A stretch of DNA of 64,000 nucleotides from Vermamoeba vermiformis (GCA_045837725.1 JBEWZL010000261.1:1-64000); one strand, 5' to 3'; shown: positions 23,744-37,131, counted from the first letter of the stretch. The notes: generated by a model not told the origin, from the letters alone. Program-made: numbers and translations.

Positions 23744-25903
23744 TCAACTAAATGGATTATAAACAATGGTCTCTTCTTCCGAATCATCGGAATCACTTTG
23801 ATCAGGCACCAGTTTCGGAGTGCCAGAATTGCCCGCCGTACTCTGAGGAACTTTAATTGGCTCGCTAATGTCGGCCAGTTTCGGTATGTTTCGCGGGTTT
23901 ATCTCGTTGGGCCTCACCATGGGCGTAGTCAGGCTTACTTTCGGTGTCAAGTTGTTGGATGGCGGGGGTGTTTCACCGCTAAGATCGACGAATGTCTTTG
24001 TTTTCGCGGGCTCTTTTGGTGATATAGTTACATTGCTCAGGATCTCCTTGATCATCTCTGTGTCTGACTTGCCCAAACAAGCACTAGATAGCAGGTAAGT
24101 AGCCTCCTATTGCAAGGTCACGAATTAGAACAGGAACTTTAAGTAAAGTAGTGGAGCGGTTATTAAAGTCCTTAATAATCGCGATTATGATTCTGTTTCA
24201 ATGAAATGAGTGGTAATTATCCACGCAGGGATCCGTCGGAGAATTAACTAGGATCCGACGTGACCTGGGTTAAAGCCGTATATAGGACGTACCTGAACTG
24301 CTTCCTCATATTTAGTGCACGTTGTAAATGACGAGGTTTGGAATTTGACTTTGTTCCCCTCAAATATTATTGCGGTGGCTTTCCAAGTTTCAATTCCGTT
24401 GGAGATCTGCGTCGACGGCTCATACTCAAGCTTAAAACCGTTCTTAGAGACATATTCATTGACTCTCTAATCAAATCAAGCGAGGTTAATTTTGTGATTT
24501 GACGTGGGAAAGAATTTAAATTCTAAATTAATTCATACCTTTTGCGCGTCAGCGTAGTAAGTCTGTTTTAAGCTTGGTCCATACGCAACAACTTGCAGTG
24601 ATTGCACGGCTTTCTTTGCCGCAAGCTTCGCTGCATCCTTCTGTTGTTTGACTAGGAAGTTCAGGTTAGTAAACGCCCGTTTCTTTTCTATGACGGGTGC
24701 TCGTTGCATGCGCGGGGTGGGAGCGCTGTGCACGTGGCACGATGGACGCGTGACTGGCACGAAGACGTTGACCTTTGAGCTTCTTGTATCAGACTTCTCA
24801 ATCGCTGAAAGATACTGGTGACTAAGTCTCCGCAAGGAACGATGACCTTGGTAAGTGAAAGATTACCCCGCAGTTGTTGGCTGCCCTCTTTTTTTCGGTC
24901 GGCTTTTTTTGCGGGGTTTTTTTACCGGGGGGGCCCCCTTTTTTGGGATATTTTTTTTTTTTTTTTTTTTTTTAAATATATATATAAAAAAAAAAACTTC
25001 GTGCCAGTCACGCGTCCATTGTGCCACGTGCACAGCGCTCCCACGCCGCGCATGCAACGAGCACCCGTCATAGTGCGTACCTGGACTAGATTTAAAGGCG
25101 AGGCCGTTGATTTCGAGCGAACAGACCCAATAGCGATTGTGCTCGGGACCTTGTTCTGAATAGCTCCACGAGGGCGTTATCGGCCACTTGTTCTTCGCTA
25201 TCAACTCCTATTAAAGTATTAATATACATATTAAGTATAGTCTTAGTATGAGGCTTACTTGCAAGAGCCCTTTCCAATTTGACGGATCAGTGGCAGCATC
25301 GTCAGGTATGAGACCTGGTACCGATTTAACCGATGATCCTTTCGTCAAATGCTTGTAAATATTTTCAGCGACTTGTTGTTCAGCCTCTTTGATGGATTTC
25401 AAGGGCTGGGAAGTGAACTCGAGTTCACGAACAACAACGCGACTTACAAACATCCCCTCAGAATTTTCTATAATTAAATTAATTACTATAATATCCAAAT
25501 ATACTTGTTTCGGTAGTACTGAGAATTTAAATAGATTTTTTGATTGCGAAATATGAAAGATAAAAATAATGCAATTTGTCAACTTACTTGAGGTGTCATA
25601 ATGGACGCTCTGCTTTAAATATTCCTGTAGTCTCCCTTTCCAATTTATTTGAACGGGGTTATTTGTGACTGCAGGAGTTTGAGTTGTTTCGGTAGAGATG
25701 GCATCCAGCGCTGTTTGCGCGGCAAGTTTTTCAGACTCTTTTTTGCTGCCTTTAATATCACCACTAAACTGTCTTCCGTCTGGTAGTATCACTTTGGCTT
25801 GCCAATTCTGTTCACCGAACCTCTCGCTTTCATATCTGATCAGATTTCCCTTTCCGATCTTGTCGAAATGTAATTTTAGCAGAGTCTTAGGGTCTTGCGC
25901 CAT
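23744..25903 (-). CDS. Protein with ~4 double-stranded RNA-binding motifs and low-complexity C-terminus
   Basis: dsRBM signatures DPKTLL...SKKESEKLAAQTAL, NWKGRLQE...SIKEAEQQVAE and NWKGLLQE...QQKDAAKLAAKKA, plus a fourth degenerate motif at ~24290-24470. Confidence 0.8.
24691..25070. mobile_element. MITE-like non-autonomous DNA transposon, 74-bp terminal inverted repeats, TA target-site duplication, inside an intron
   Basis: 24691-24764 and 24997-25070 are reverse complements with 2 mismatches. TA at 24689-90 and 25071-72. Removing the element restores a ~47-nt GTACGC...ACTAAC...CTAG intron. Confidence 0.8.
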
Positions 25904-26108
25904 TGTGCATGGAACCTCTGGCTTCAGTTGTGGTGGAGAATGTTGGAGTAATTCTGGAAAGAAAAGACTTCACGCAGTGTCCAAAAATGCTTGTCCCGCT
26001 GTGTTGGTTTGTGAATTCCACGGACACGCCGTGTTAGACTGAATTGAAAAAACGTCCCTTTCTATTGGATCTGTCTTATTTACACGGCAAATACGTTAAA
26101 TTACAGTA

Positions 26109-27370
26109 TTATTGAGTTGTCAGATGGCGCTTGTTCGCCTCGAGCCATTCAGCTTCTTCTTTTAACAACATGTCCATATAATCATCGTGGACATATTTGA
26201 AGGTATTTTTGCCCCAGTAATCTTCTTCTAATACTTCTTCGTCAATGTGCTCGTAAAGATCTTCCTTCTTTTTTACGAAAATGATTTTCTTCGCTGTAGC
26301 TGGCTGAACAAGTGGCACGCACATCTTCCAGAATGCTGTAAAGTCCGATTTACTAAGAGTCAAAGGCCACATCCGCAAGATTTTCTACATCCGACTTACC
26401 CCAGAAGATCCAGGGTGCTTTCACGATATATAGGGCTCCTAGTCGCTCAGGATAATGATTTGATAGTGCGTCTATAAGCTTGAAAGTCATCTTGATGTGA
26501 GCTGGATTCATCATGTACGAGGGAAAACTCGAGCAATCAACCAGCCACACGGTCTAAAGAGGAATAAGACGGTATTAATGCTCTGTTATAAATAATTCTA
26601 ATGAAAGAAATAGTGGCATGAAGGAGCGATGGGTACCTGTTCTACTCCTTCGCGCATGATCCTGATCGCTCGTTCGACTTGGTAGAGCATAATTTTTAAT
26701 TTGCCAGACACGTCTTCATTCTTATCTAGTTTGCACTACAATTTTAATGGCATTAATATCGGACTATGTCTATGGCAAAGCGAGATGCGTTACCCTCATT
26801 ACTGTGATTGGACGTCCTAATTTGTCAACTCCGTTGTGATAGTTTTTAGCGTGCTTAAAGTGGTGTTCGCAATCTGGGCAATGCGTAAATATAGGATTTA
26901 ATACATAAGCACCCGCGTGCACGGATCGGATCTGCCAACTTACCTTTACACGACATTATATCGACCTTTTGTTCCTTTCTCCATTCAAAAGTGGCCAACA
27001 TCATCTTTTTAGATTTGTTTACCTCGCCAGAAGTGGCACGTATGTATCTATGATGTGGAATTGGGATCAGGCAAGTTAGAAAAACGTAATTTTAATAATT
27101 ACGAAGTAAATTAATTTGAACAAGATTAATTTACAAGCCATAATAAAAATAATATGATGTATTACGGCAGTAAATATTAATTTGATGAATAACTAGCTAT
27201 AATTTGTTATGTGCTGGTCAGTATCTTTATTCTAAGGCTTACCGCGCTAAGGCACTATCTTCTAAATATTTTTTCTCGAGCTCGTTCCATTCTTTCTTTT
27301 CTTCCAACACCAAGTTACGGAGTTTTTCTATATCCGCAACTTTGACACCGTGCTTGGTTTCCTCGGCCAT
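26109..27370 (-). CDS. CRAL-TRIO (Sec14-like) lipid-binding protein
   Basis: Motifs ARYIRAT...ATFEWRK, HNGVDKLGRPI, YQVERAI, HYPERLGALYIVKAPWIF and KIIFV...EEDYWG. Confidence 0.88.
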
Positions 27371-27866
27371 TATTTGAGCCAATTATGTTCGCTTATTCGA
27401 ACAAAACTATAACGCGTGGTGCTTCGATTAATACATCTACAGTTTATTTACGTCAAAAAAAAACCGAACGGTTTATTGGCACGTGCTCAATCTTCCCAAC
27501 CGTATTCAATGGCATACTCGCACGGGTGCCTGCTACTCGCATCACAATATCTCCAAGAACAGTGATCCCAGTACCGTTACATTACATACTAGTAACACCC
27601 GCACAACTCAAAATGTCTGGGCTAGCCGTTTTGTACATCTCTGCAAACGACTTGTTGCCATAGTGCTCGCTCTTGCTTTCGCTCCTCTTTCTTCGAGCTT
27701 TGTGGTTGCTCAGAAATCTGGATTTGCGTAATAGTAAGGCGTATCAAGGCGGGAGAGCAGATACGCATTCAAATAAAAGATCACAGTTTCGGTACAACCT
27801 GTTGAAATTTGTTTGTAGAACTCTTTTCCATGGCATTTACAGCAACAACAATTATTTGTAAAAGAA

Positions 27867-28438
27867 ATGAAGCAAGTGGCGCCAATATTGATTTATTTTT
27901 CCATTATTCTTGTGCAAACGACGTCTGCTCTCGCTGAGGTCGACTGCAGCGAATTTACGACGAACACGACATGTTTAATGCAAGGTTGCAATTGCGCTTA
28001 TTTAATATGCGATACAGACTCGTAAGTGGATTGCCACAAAAAATAGTTGGAATTGCAATCGGGATCCACTTTTAATATTGTCAAAATTATTATTATTATT
28101 ATTATTATGTGATGTACGTAGCAATTAACGCGTCATTGCAATTTAGTGCATGCGTACCAGCCAACGCGACTCACAGCCAACCTGTCAATGTGGACAAGTG
28201 TCAATCATACGAATTCTGCTTCGAATGCTCGCACAAAAGCGATAGTCGCGGAGAAGCACGCTGTTCCGCGGGTTATTCTAGCACTACTGTCGCGCATTGG
28301 AAAATTGCTGTCATCGTGCTCAGCGCCGCGTTCTTCGTGTTTATCGTGATCAGCCTCGTTCTGTATCTGAAAATGCGTAACAAAAAAAACCTGCCAAAGT
28401 CCAAAGAAGTAACCATGGAGTATAATGAAATGAAATAA
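27867..28438 (+). CDS. Small single-pass membrane protein with signal peptide and Cys-rich ectodomain
   Basis: MKQVAPILIYFSIILVQ signal, several Cys, one TM helix (IAVIVLSAAFFVFIVISLVLY), basic stop-transfer segment, one intron. Confidence 0.65.
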
Positions 28439-28687
28439 CAAGTCCACGGAGCCAAATCTAAATTTTGTTGCGGCGATCCGCATCGTGTATTTTTCCACCA
28501 ATTTGTGTATTATAGATCATAGCCAAAGTAAATTGTAATTCATTGGCCATTACTATTAATGTACTATCCGAGTTTGCCCATTACCATTACGGCCCACATT
28601 GATCCAGATCCACCCATCGCAACGGAACTAAACTAGGCTTACTAACATCTATTTACTTCGTGCAACCATCCAAAATAGTTCTGCAGT

Positions 28688-30508
28688 TTAAACTTGCACG
28701 TAAGTAGCGTAATAAGTAAGGCCACAAGTGTCGTGACCCATTTCCAAATGGATGTAGCCGTCTATTCCCCAGTTAGTGTTCCAAGAGTTACGTACAATCC
28801 AATAGGGAGTAGGAGCACTAGTATTGTATCCAACTAACTGCACACAATGGTCCAGTAAGTTCACCTGAGCAAAAAGTGTCAGATCTGCACTATACGCTAT
28901 TTCGCTCGCGATCTGCAACTTACCCAAGCACATTCACTCGCAGTCATCACGCCGCCCGTGTAGTCTTGCCAGTTCATAGCATCCAAGCAGATACTAGCAC
29001 GCAAAATCATTAGCCTCAGCGACAAAACTTAACCACAAACATGCGGTTCAACCGTTATTTTTTGTGCGTCGTACCTAAATGGACCAACAGTCGCGAGACT
29101 CTTCTGCAAATCAGCTTCGTTTGCAAATTCAGTGGCCTAATAATGAAACACTATTAAACCTTTGGAAAGAATTATTCGCAAATTGCAAGTGGATCAACCG
29201 AAATTAATTTAAAATTAATCTTAACCATAGTATCGTTATTAATATCCATCGTGCAATACTTACGTATTTCCAGCCCTTGACCTTGGCAACAGCGAGTGAT
29301 TTGTTGAAGCGACACCAGCCGACTTCAGCTTGATAGGGATAACTTGATTCTGCTTCTTGACCTCCGTTGATCATAACTAAATGAAAATATGAGGTCCATA
29401 TTATAGATACGTATATTATGAGCTTTATGTAAAGTAATGATCGTTGGATCCAGCTCGTTAACCTACCATTGTGAAAAGCACTTCCAGGAATACCACCGTT
29501 GCAGCCCAAGGCAAAATGATCGCAATCAACGAGTTGTTGTGGCGCAAGAGCTAATTTGTCCGCGGTGGATTTGCCTGCTTGAAGCCACGCGGATTCGATC
29601 GTTTCCGTAGCCGAAAATGCCCAACAGCTACGATGAAATTATTAACAATGACATCAATATGGCGTATAGAATATATTCGAATACCTTCCACAGTCGCCTT
29701 GATCTTTCACCGGTGTTACAATACCGTGATCTCGCCTAAAATTATGATCAGATCAACCAAATTCGCTATCATTACTTAGCAGTCTACTAATAACAATACT
29801 AACCAATCGACCGAAGCTGGTAAATTATCTACATTAATGCTGCTAGTCTCTTTACGTTGAAGTTCCGGAGTGATTTTGTTTTTCATTAGGTAAGTGGATC
29901 GGAACTCTTCAGGCGTCAAATCTGCAACGAATATTTAATTACTCCTTTCGTGGCTTGATGCATCGTAAAGCATTTAATTATAAGCAGGCCGATAACAAAC
30001 TGAAAGTAAGCAAATAAAATTCCGTCATACCTGAAAACTTGTTGATCCCGTACGTGGCGCCGTTCGGAAAAGTCTTGGTTCTTTCTTCAATACGCTTTAA
30101 GGATTGCTACATAACATTATTAGAACGATATTAATGATAAAATTAAGGATCAGGCTACAGAAGCTTCCAAAGATATTTCGGACCAAATTAAATTAATATT
30201 TATAATAACAATGTTCAAAATTTTAATATTTAAACGTTGCTGCTATTGAATTATCCGCATTTTTAGAGCTTACCTTGAAAATTTCAAATCTGTGCACCAT
30301 TTCACCGTCTGAAGCGTACTGCTTATTATACGTCTTAGTAAACGTCTGAAAATCATCTAAAAATTACAATATTATTTAGTCAAGGGAGGATTTTATCCAT
30401 CAATACCACGGAAGACGCACCTAAAAACTCAGCGTCTGATCGGCCGGAGAACTGAGCACAACCCCAGCTCGATAATAACACTAGCAATACAAAAAATATG
30501 ATTTGCAT
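28688..30508 (-). CDS. Papain-family (C1A) cysteine protease with I29 propeptide
   Basis: Signal peptide, YGINKFSDLT, PVKDQGDCGSCWAFS, QQLVDCD, GCNGG, DHCVQLVGY and YWIVRNSW. Confidence 0.93.
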
Positions 30509-31064
30509 TGTGGTGTTAGTTAAATACTGCTGAGAACTCTTGTTCCTTTTCCAGCCCGGTACAACTGACCCGCCAAATCGTGCAAACAGTAGTTATATCT
30601 TCTACAGAACAGATTTATTTGAACCGTCGGCTTGAAACATCACTTTGTTGAAAGTACCATACAAATTATGTACGGTGATAGCTAAATGCTTCAGCATCGC
30701 ACATTGGGCATTGTACGCGATCGATCAGAATCAATAATACTAGCAAACCGCCATGAACCTTGCGAATAATGTGAGTAATAATTATTTTAATATATACAAC
30801 CAACTAAATTGAGTATTCGTTGTAATTAAGAGTCGGCTTCGAATCCTCATTTAAACGACTTTCTACAAATTTATTCGCAGGTTGATAACTCATAATAAGT
30901 TATGAAAATATTTGATTAAGCCTTTGAACAAATTCTGATTATCATTTGAATTATTCTAATTATTTTTTAAGAACAAGGAAAACCTGATCGGCAGTAAGGT
31001 TGCGAATAAGCCTCTTAGGTAAGCGATTTAACTCGCTATTTGAGGATTTGAGGTCACCTATCAT

Positions 31065-31345
31065 ATGACATCATCAGTTCCATCCTTCAGGTCAACGCGA
31101 GCTCGCTTAGAGATTAAAAATTGTTTTTCGCGTACTGACGCTTTTAGCTGCATTAGTTGACTCTGTTATTTTCATTTTGTCTGACAACAGCATACCAGGT
31201 CTTGCTTGAAACGAGCTCCTCTAATAGATCTTACCAATCTCTCAGTTAAGCCGTCTCCGAAGAGCAAGAGAGTGACCTTCAATTTCGAGACGACGCCTGA
31301 ATTGAACTTACGCAAAATGAGCGAAAGTAAGCAAGCCAGGATTAT

Positions 31346-31384
<39 letters not shown>

Positions 31385-33845
31385 AGTCCATCCCTGTTTT
31401 TGAACCAAAAAAACTCTGAATCTCCAAATTTTCGGATCGAAATTGACAATTTGACTGATCTACGTATTGTAGTATTCGAGGAAATTAGAAATATGGGAGA
31501 CGTTACTCGTAGAGCCTATTCACGTATCCAAAGAATGCTTACTAGGACCGATGGACCCCGCGTACTGGTCTCGTACCAGCCTGGAGTAACGTTGAAGTAC
31601 CTCAAGTATTTGTTGCAATGCCCTTGGGAGTTCAACGTTGGCGACGACCATGGATCTATTCCTTGGCAGAAGCTAGAGCCCTCGTCGCTCGAATCTGCCA
31701 AGGACGATCCGCTCGTGTACGTGTGTTTGGCGCCCTGACCGCGAGCAATGTCTCCAGATCCACAAGCAATTTGGAACCTTCCATAGAGCAGTCGCGTTGG
31801 TACTTGGCGATGTGGATTTGATGGTCAAGCTAGGTCACGAAATGCGCGTCAATGGTTTGTTACCTGGCTTCGACAAGCCTCTCACATTTGTGGTGACAGA
31901 ACACGACATGGCGCGGTACGTACTGTATATACGAACATTATAGTGCTTATCATTGACCATATTCAAGTCAAGGGCCGTATTATCGAGAGTCCTCCGAGCA
32001 TCGAGCTCTTCTTAACGCTACCGGCGGAATACCGCTTTTGCTCGAAGAATTTGAAACAAAAGAACATCCTGAGTACCGTTGGATTCGAGATAATAAGGTG
32101 TTCGGGCGTCTGTTTGTATTGATGATGATGAATCACCCGATTGAGCCGCACTGGCGCGAACTCAAAACTGGTCTGTCAATGCTTGACTTGGCAGCTGCTT
32201 GTGGATTTACGTTTAGCACGCGGTCTGGTGCAGAACTAAACGTCAGTGTCTTAAGCAACAGTACTTCACTCGCAGCATCGGTGCTAATACTGTGTGAGAA
32301 GTTAAAGCGCATGTACTGCTTGATGAACGAAAAGATGAATACTTTGATGCGTCCGGCTGGCGTTGCCTGGCAAGTTATGGAGAACATTGTCGTGCAGAAT
32401 ATGCAAATAGTCGACAACCATATGCCACGTCAAACTTACAAAAGCCGATATCCTTTTTTGGCAACGTCGTTTTTGGCAGACATACTCCATCAAGTGAACT
32501 GCGCCATTCTTGGACCCAAAATCACCACTGCAGTGCCGGCAGTATCGAATAAGTATCGCACGTTGTATCCCAATGCAGCACCTACTCAGCTACATCCAGA
32601 AGATTGGCGATTTTACTTGTCCGTTGTTCCACAGAACACAGTTATTCAACCACGAGAGGCATCGCACAGTCCGGATGCCTACATCATCGTTGAACAACGC
32701 GATGTCGTCGATGGTATACAGAACTTGGTTCGGCACCTGCTATGCTTTCAAGTGAAATATGGTGCACAAGACTTGCCGCTATGCCAGGTGTTGGACGAGT
32801 TGGCCAAGTGTCCCCAAGTTAGCGTCACAGCTAAGGTAAGATTAAATGCCCCTGACCATTAGATACTAATACTTCCTCACTAGTCTGAAGGAAAACGAAC
32901 GTTAGCCTACAATGAGCTATTCCAAGGCTACGAGAGCATGCCCGCTAAGTATACGCTTACATTTGTCTACGCAGCCATGAACCATGACAAGGCTGTCAAG
33001 CAATTGCTCGCGGATAAGACTTATGACGAGATTCACGAGAGCTACATCAGAATCACTTGCAAGTCATTTGCTTCGATTCCAAATAACGTGGAACTCATCT
33101 TGCTGCGGCGGCCTGGCCTAATTCAGTTACTTGGCAGCGACTTCTACTCATACCTCAAGTCTTTCAAGCCTGCCACCACAATTAGCAGTAGCCGTAAGTG
33201 TCTGAAATGACTACAGTGACATTTACCTGACAAAACACGTGCAGTGCCACAGGTGTACGACAATCCTGCCGTAGCGTTCCTGCAGTGTCAAGGTACAATA
33301 GATGTCATTTATTTGCAGTTATTAAGCAGACTTTAGAGTCCGAAGATGCAGATGCGGTGTTGGATGAGATTAATAGGCTTTGCCGCTCGTACAAGAAATT
33401 CAGCATTGATACTAGTGGGCTCAAACTTATGCGTCGCCCACAAGCAAGCTCAGGAGCCAATTCTGAAACATCCATCGCCGAGGCAAATGTGTCGCCAATA
33501 GGGCATGGACCTCGACCTAGATCTCAAGGAAGTGGTTCGTCAAGCCATTCGCTTAACTCAGCCATCACTTCAGAGGAATCTCAGCCAGCGAACGTGCTTC
33601 CCTTGCCGGTGCCAGTGGTGCGCAGTGCAGTTGCTGGATCAGGTCCTACGGCCGTGAAGCCAAAACTTAATCCTCCTGTCAAAAGAACACTGCTTGTGCC
33701 CGCCAAAAAATATGCAAATGTAAGACCAAGGTACATGGACGCGTTTAACAAGAAAGAGGCCAATCATGAGCCGAAAGAAGAGCCGTACACGAAGAGTTCC
33801 AAAAGCAACACTAATCGAGACAACAATAACAATGCACCAATGTGA
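31065..33845 (+). pseudogene. Crinkler-like gene: degenerate STAND-type NTPase C-terminal part plus PD-(D/E)xK restriction-endonuclease-like domain; frame breaks in 5' half
   Basis: ATGGIPLLL (GxP-like) near 32015-32045 and HSPDAYI...LLCFQVKYG in ORF 32038-32862. No intact Walker A found. Frame discontinuities near 31200 and 31740. Confidence 0.5.
31343..31381. repeat. (TA)n microsatellite within an intron
   Basis: Direct run of TA dinucleotides between a GTAAGC donor and a TAG acceptor. Confidence 0.85.
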
Positions 33846-34123
33846 AGATCAGAGCGTTGACAACTCGTAGTATTACCCACGCATTTTTGGCCGTTACATG
33901 TAAATAAATGCCACGTCGATACAAAAATTCGGTACCATGCTGAAAAAACCTCTAAGAAATATCCTACTCAAATGTTATATCGTTATGGAAACTTGTGGCT
34001 GTAACTCGAGCAAAGTATGCAATTTAACGAAGGATTATCGGCACACATCGAGATTTCGGGAGGTTCATTTAACGTCGACGGATAATTTAATTTATGATTT
34101 ATATTAAACAGCTGCACAACCTC

Positions 34124-36010
34124 ATGAGGCCAGCGCGGGCAACTGCATTGCGCGGTGTCCTTGTGGTTGTGGTAGTGTTTATGGTAATTATGTTAGTTAG
34201 AACAAATCCGAACAGGTAATAATTTTTAATCGTTGAATTTTGTCTTAATTATGACGATCACTATGAGTGCTCCGGAAACCATCAATTCACAATTTTAATT
34301 AATTAACGTCCGCAAAATTTAACAAATCCGAAACTTTAATTTAATCTGACTCAACGGAGCGTGCCAGATAATTATGAATCTCGATGTTGAAAATTACTAC
34401 TGCATGGAATTGTTAACTTACTCAAAATTAATTAGGTATTGGTCTGGCACGTGGGAAAACGAACCAAATCCGCGTAATAATATGCCTCCACCAGCTTTCG
34501 GCAATGTTCACAACAACGTACCTCTAAATCCATGGGAGGATATGCGAATGACACCTTTTGGGCACGCATCCGGACTTTTCGCAGACTGTCCCAACAACGA
34601 CACCACCAAATGCTTGAATTTTCTGCGAAATCATGAACCACTGCTTATTCGCAATACTAGCGACGAGTTGACCATATTTCACACGGCTTGGACTGGCGGA
34701 ATGGTGCCCGTTCATCAATTCTTGCTCTATTCCTACTTAGCCACCCAAAATTTGAACAAGTCGATATTAGTCTATTGGCTCGAGGCACAGGAATACGAAA
34801 ACTTTACATCCAATCCGATGTTGGCTCCATTCAAAGACCATCCGAATATTTATTTCAAATGCTTTACTTTGTCAAACCTCGCAAAGGTACGTAACCGAAC
34901 AGTGTTTATAAGACATTACATCTCGTAGATTACTAATTTATTTTCTGCAAACTGAACTAAATTAAATAAGAAAAAATTACTATTTATGGTAACCGGATAA
35001 TTTTCTAGGACACGCCGTTGGACCTATCAAAAATACAGGACGATAAGCGAAGATTAGCTGTGATTGGCCTGTTAAATGCTAAAGGAGCATTATGGGGAGA
35101 TTTAGTGCGCATGTTAATATTGTACAAGTACGGCGGAATGTACGTGGATGTGGATATCATTTTCTTGCGGCCAATGGACCCGTTTATGGTAAGCTACACT
35201 CAAAAAATATTACATGATCTATTACAGCTAATTTCATATAAAGTGCCATGGAAAATATTTCGTAAATTATTTTGGAAAAGTTTCAAATTACTTTAACGGA
35301 GTTTAAAAACTGTCAATTTTTACTTAACTGATCCGCTCTGATGTTATGTTATCGCTAGCAAAATGAATTCGCGTACTTGTGGGCAGCGCAAACAAGCAGG
35401 ATGAACACGGCAGTATTCTCGTTGCAGCGCGGAGGCAAATCAGTTAAAACAATGTTCCTGCGCATTGTTGGCAGGAGAGCCAATTTTCATCCGTGGAAAT
35501 TGTTCGACATTATCAACGAGCAAGGTTTGCCCGTGGTAATCTATCCCTCGGCGTACTTCGATCCGGTTTGGAACATTGTTGAAAAAGCTAGTCCTAAGAA
35601 AGACTTGCCATTTGATAGGTAAGTAATCTTATGATATTACGACATAATAATATAATATCAAAATATTTACTGAAATATTATTTCAATATTTTGAAGATCC
35701 CAGATCCAGATCAATGGTTGAATAATTCGAATGATTGTTGTATCCTACCTCATAATTAATCCTGTTATATTGTAGATTTTCACATTTCTTCGGCAAGGTT
35801 AATGGAGAATTTAAATTTTGGGAAGGCGCGTACGCGTACCATTTCCATAATATGTATAAGACGCACTCATGGGAACCGGACACTTTTGCAGGAAGATTAT
35901 TACAGCAATTCCAGGAACAAATCAGAAATAATGCGAATAATAGCTACGAGTTAACAGGAATTACGCCCGAGATTGCTGATCTACTCGTCGAACAATGTAC
36001 AGAGACATAA
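34124..36010 (+). CDS. Glycosyltransferase family 32-like (DXD sugar-binding) type II membrane protein
   Basis: N-terminal TM, IFHTAW, GDLVRMLILYKYGGMYVDVDIIFLRP, MNTAV and AYAYHFHN. Confidence 0.85.
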
Positions 36011-36188
36011 ATACGCTAAAAATTAGCTTATTTTCGTTGATTTCAACTAAAATATCTATAATTATATGTTCACCTACTTACATTATTATCTGACGCAAAA
36101 TCTTGAAGATCTCAACTCGATCTCCAAACAGATCTATTCTTCGCTTGCAAAGTCTTGGTTAAACTCTATTACTGCTTTATAAATATAA

Positions 36189-37131
36189 TCAATTGATGGT
36201 AGGAACGATAAAGTAATCAACTTGTTTGTCGTAGTGTTCTCTGTTCTTCTCGTACAATTCACGGGCAATAACCGATTCTTTGTCTAGCGCACGATCAACA
36301 GCCAATACACCTGAAAATTAATAGCGATCAATTACGATCTGAAAATATTTCAGCCTCGGTTTTGACACGTGTCAATTCTGGCCTCAAAAAATCTGCATCC
36401 GTAAAGGCGCGGTATTTTTTAATGGGAATAAACAAATACCAACAGGGGATTCATAATAAAGCTATATAATATATATTATAGTATAGCGCTTACCATCCAA
36501 ATGATCAATTTCGTGCTGCAGCAGTTCGCTGAGTGCTTGATCAATGTTCTTCCACTGTTGCTTTGTTCCTTTTTCGTCGATATATTCGATGTCTATTGAT
36601 GAATGGCGTTGCACTTTGACCATCAGCCAAGGGAAACTCATGCCTATATAAATATATTTAGAGAGATGGAATTAGGCTGCAGTGCACTGCAATGTAAATT
36701 AATATCGATCCGGATCTCGACTAATTGAACTTACAATCGTCCCACATGGTAAATGTATTAGTGCTCGTTGATGTTATTTTCGGATTTATAATTACAAAGG
36801 TGCCGCGCTCATCGCCCAAGTTCAAGGCAATAAATCGTTTCTGGATGCCGATTTGTGGTGCAGAAACTCCTCTGTTTGAGTCAATAATTAGTTATAAGAT
36901 TGTTAATTAATAGATTGCTTATAAAATCGCTGCTAAAGTTCGCGATTAATTATTGAAATTAATTTTGGTCGGATCTATTTACCTGCCAAACCCATTCTCT
37001 TTTCTGAAGGCATCTAATACCGCCCTTAATCTCTTACTCTCTTCCAAGAAAGCAAATTCATTAACATCGGTTACCTCTTTAGAGACTACGCGCAATTTTG
37101 GGTCTCCGATCAACAAAACGCTTCCCGACAT
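36189..37131 (-). CDS. def: Peptide deformylase (variant motifs)
   Basis: Motifs LIGDPKLR, GVSAPQIG, IINPKI, DDCMSFP (in place of EGCLS) and QHEIDHLDG. Three introns. Confidence 0.85.
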
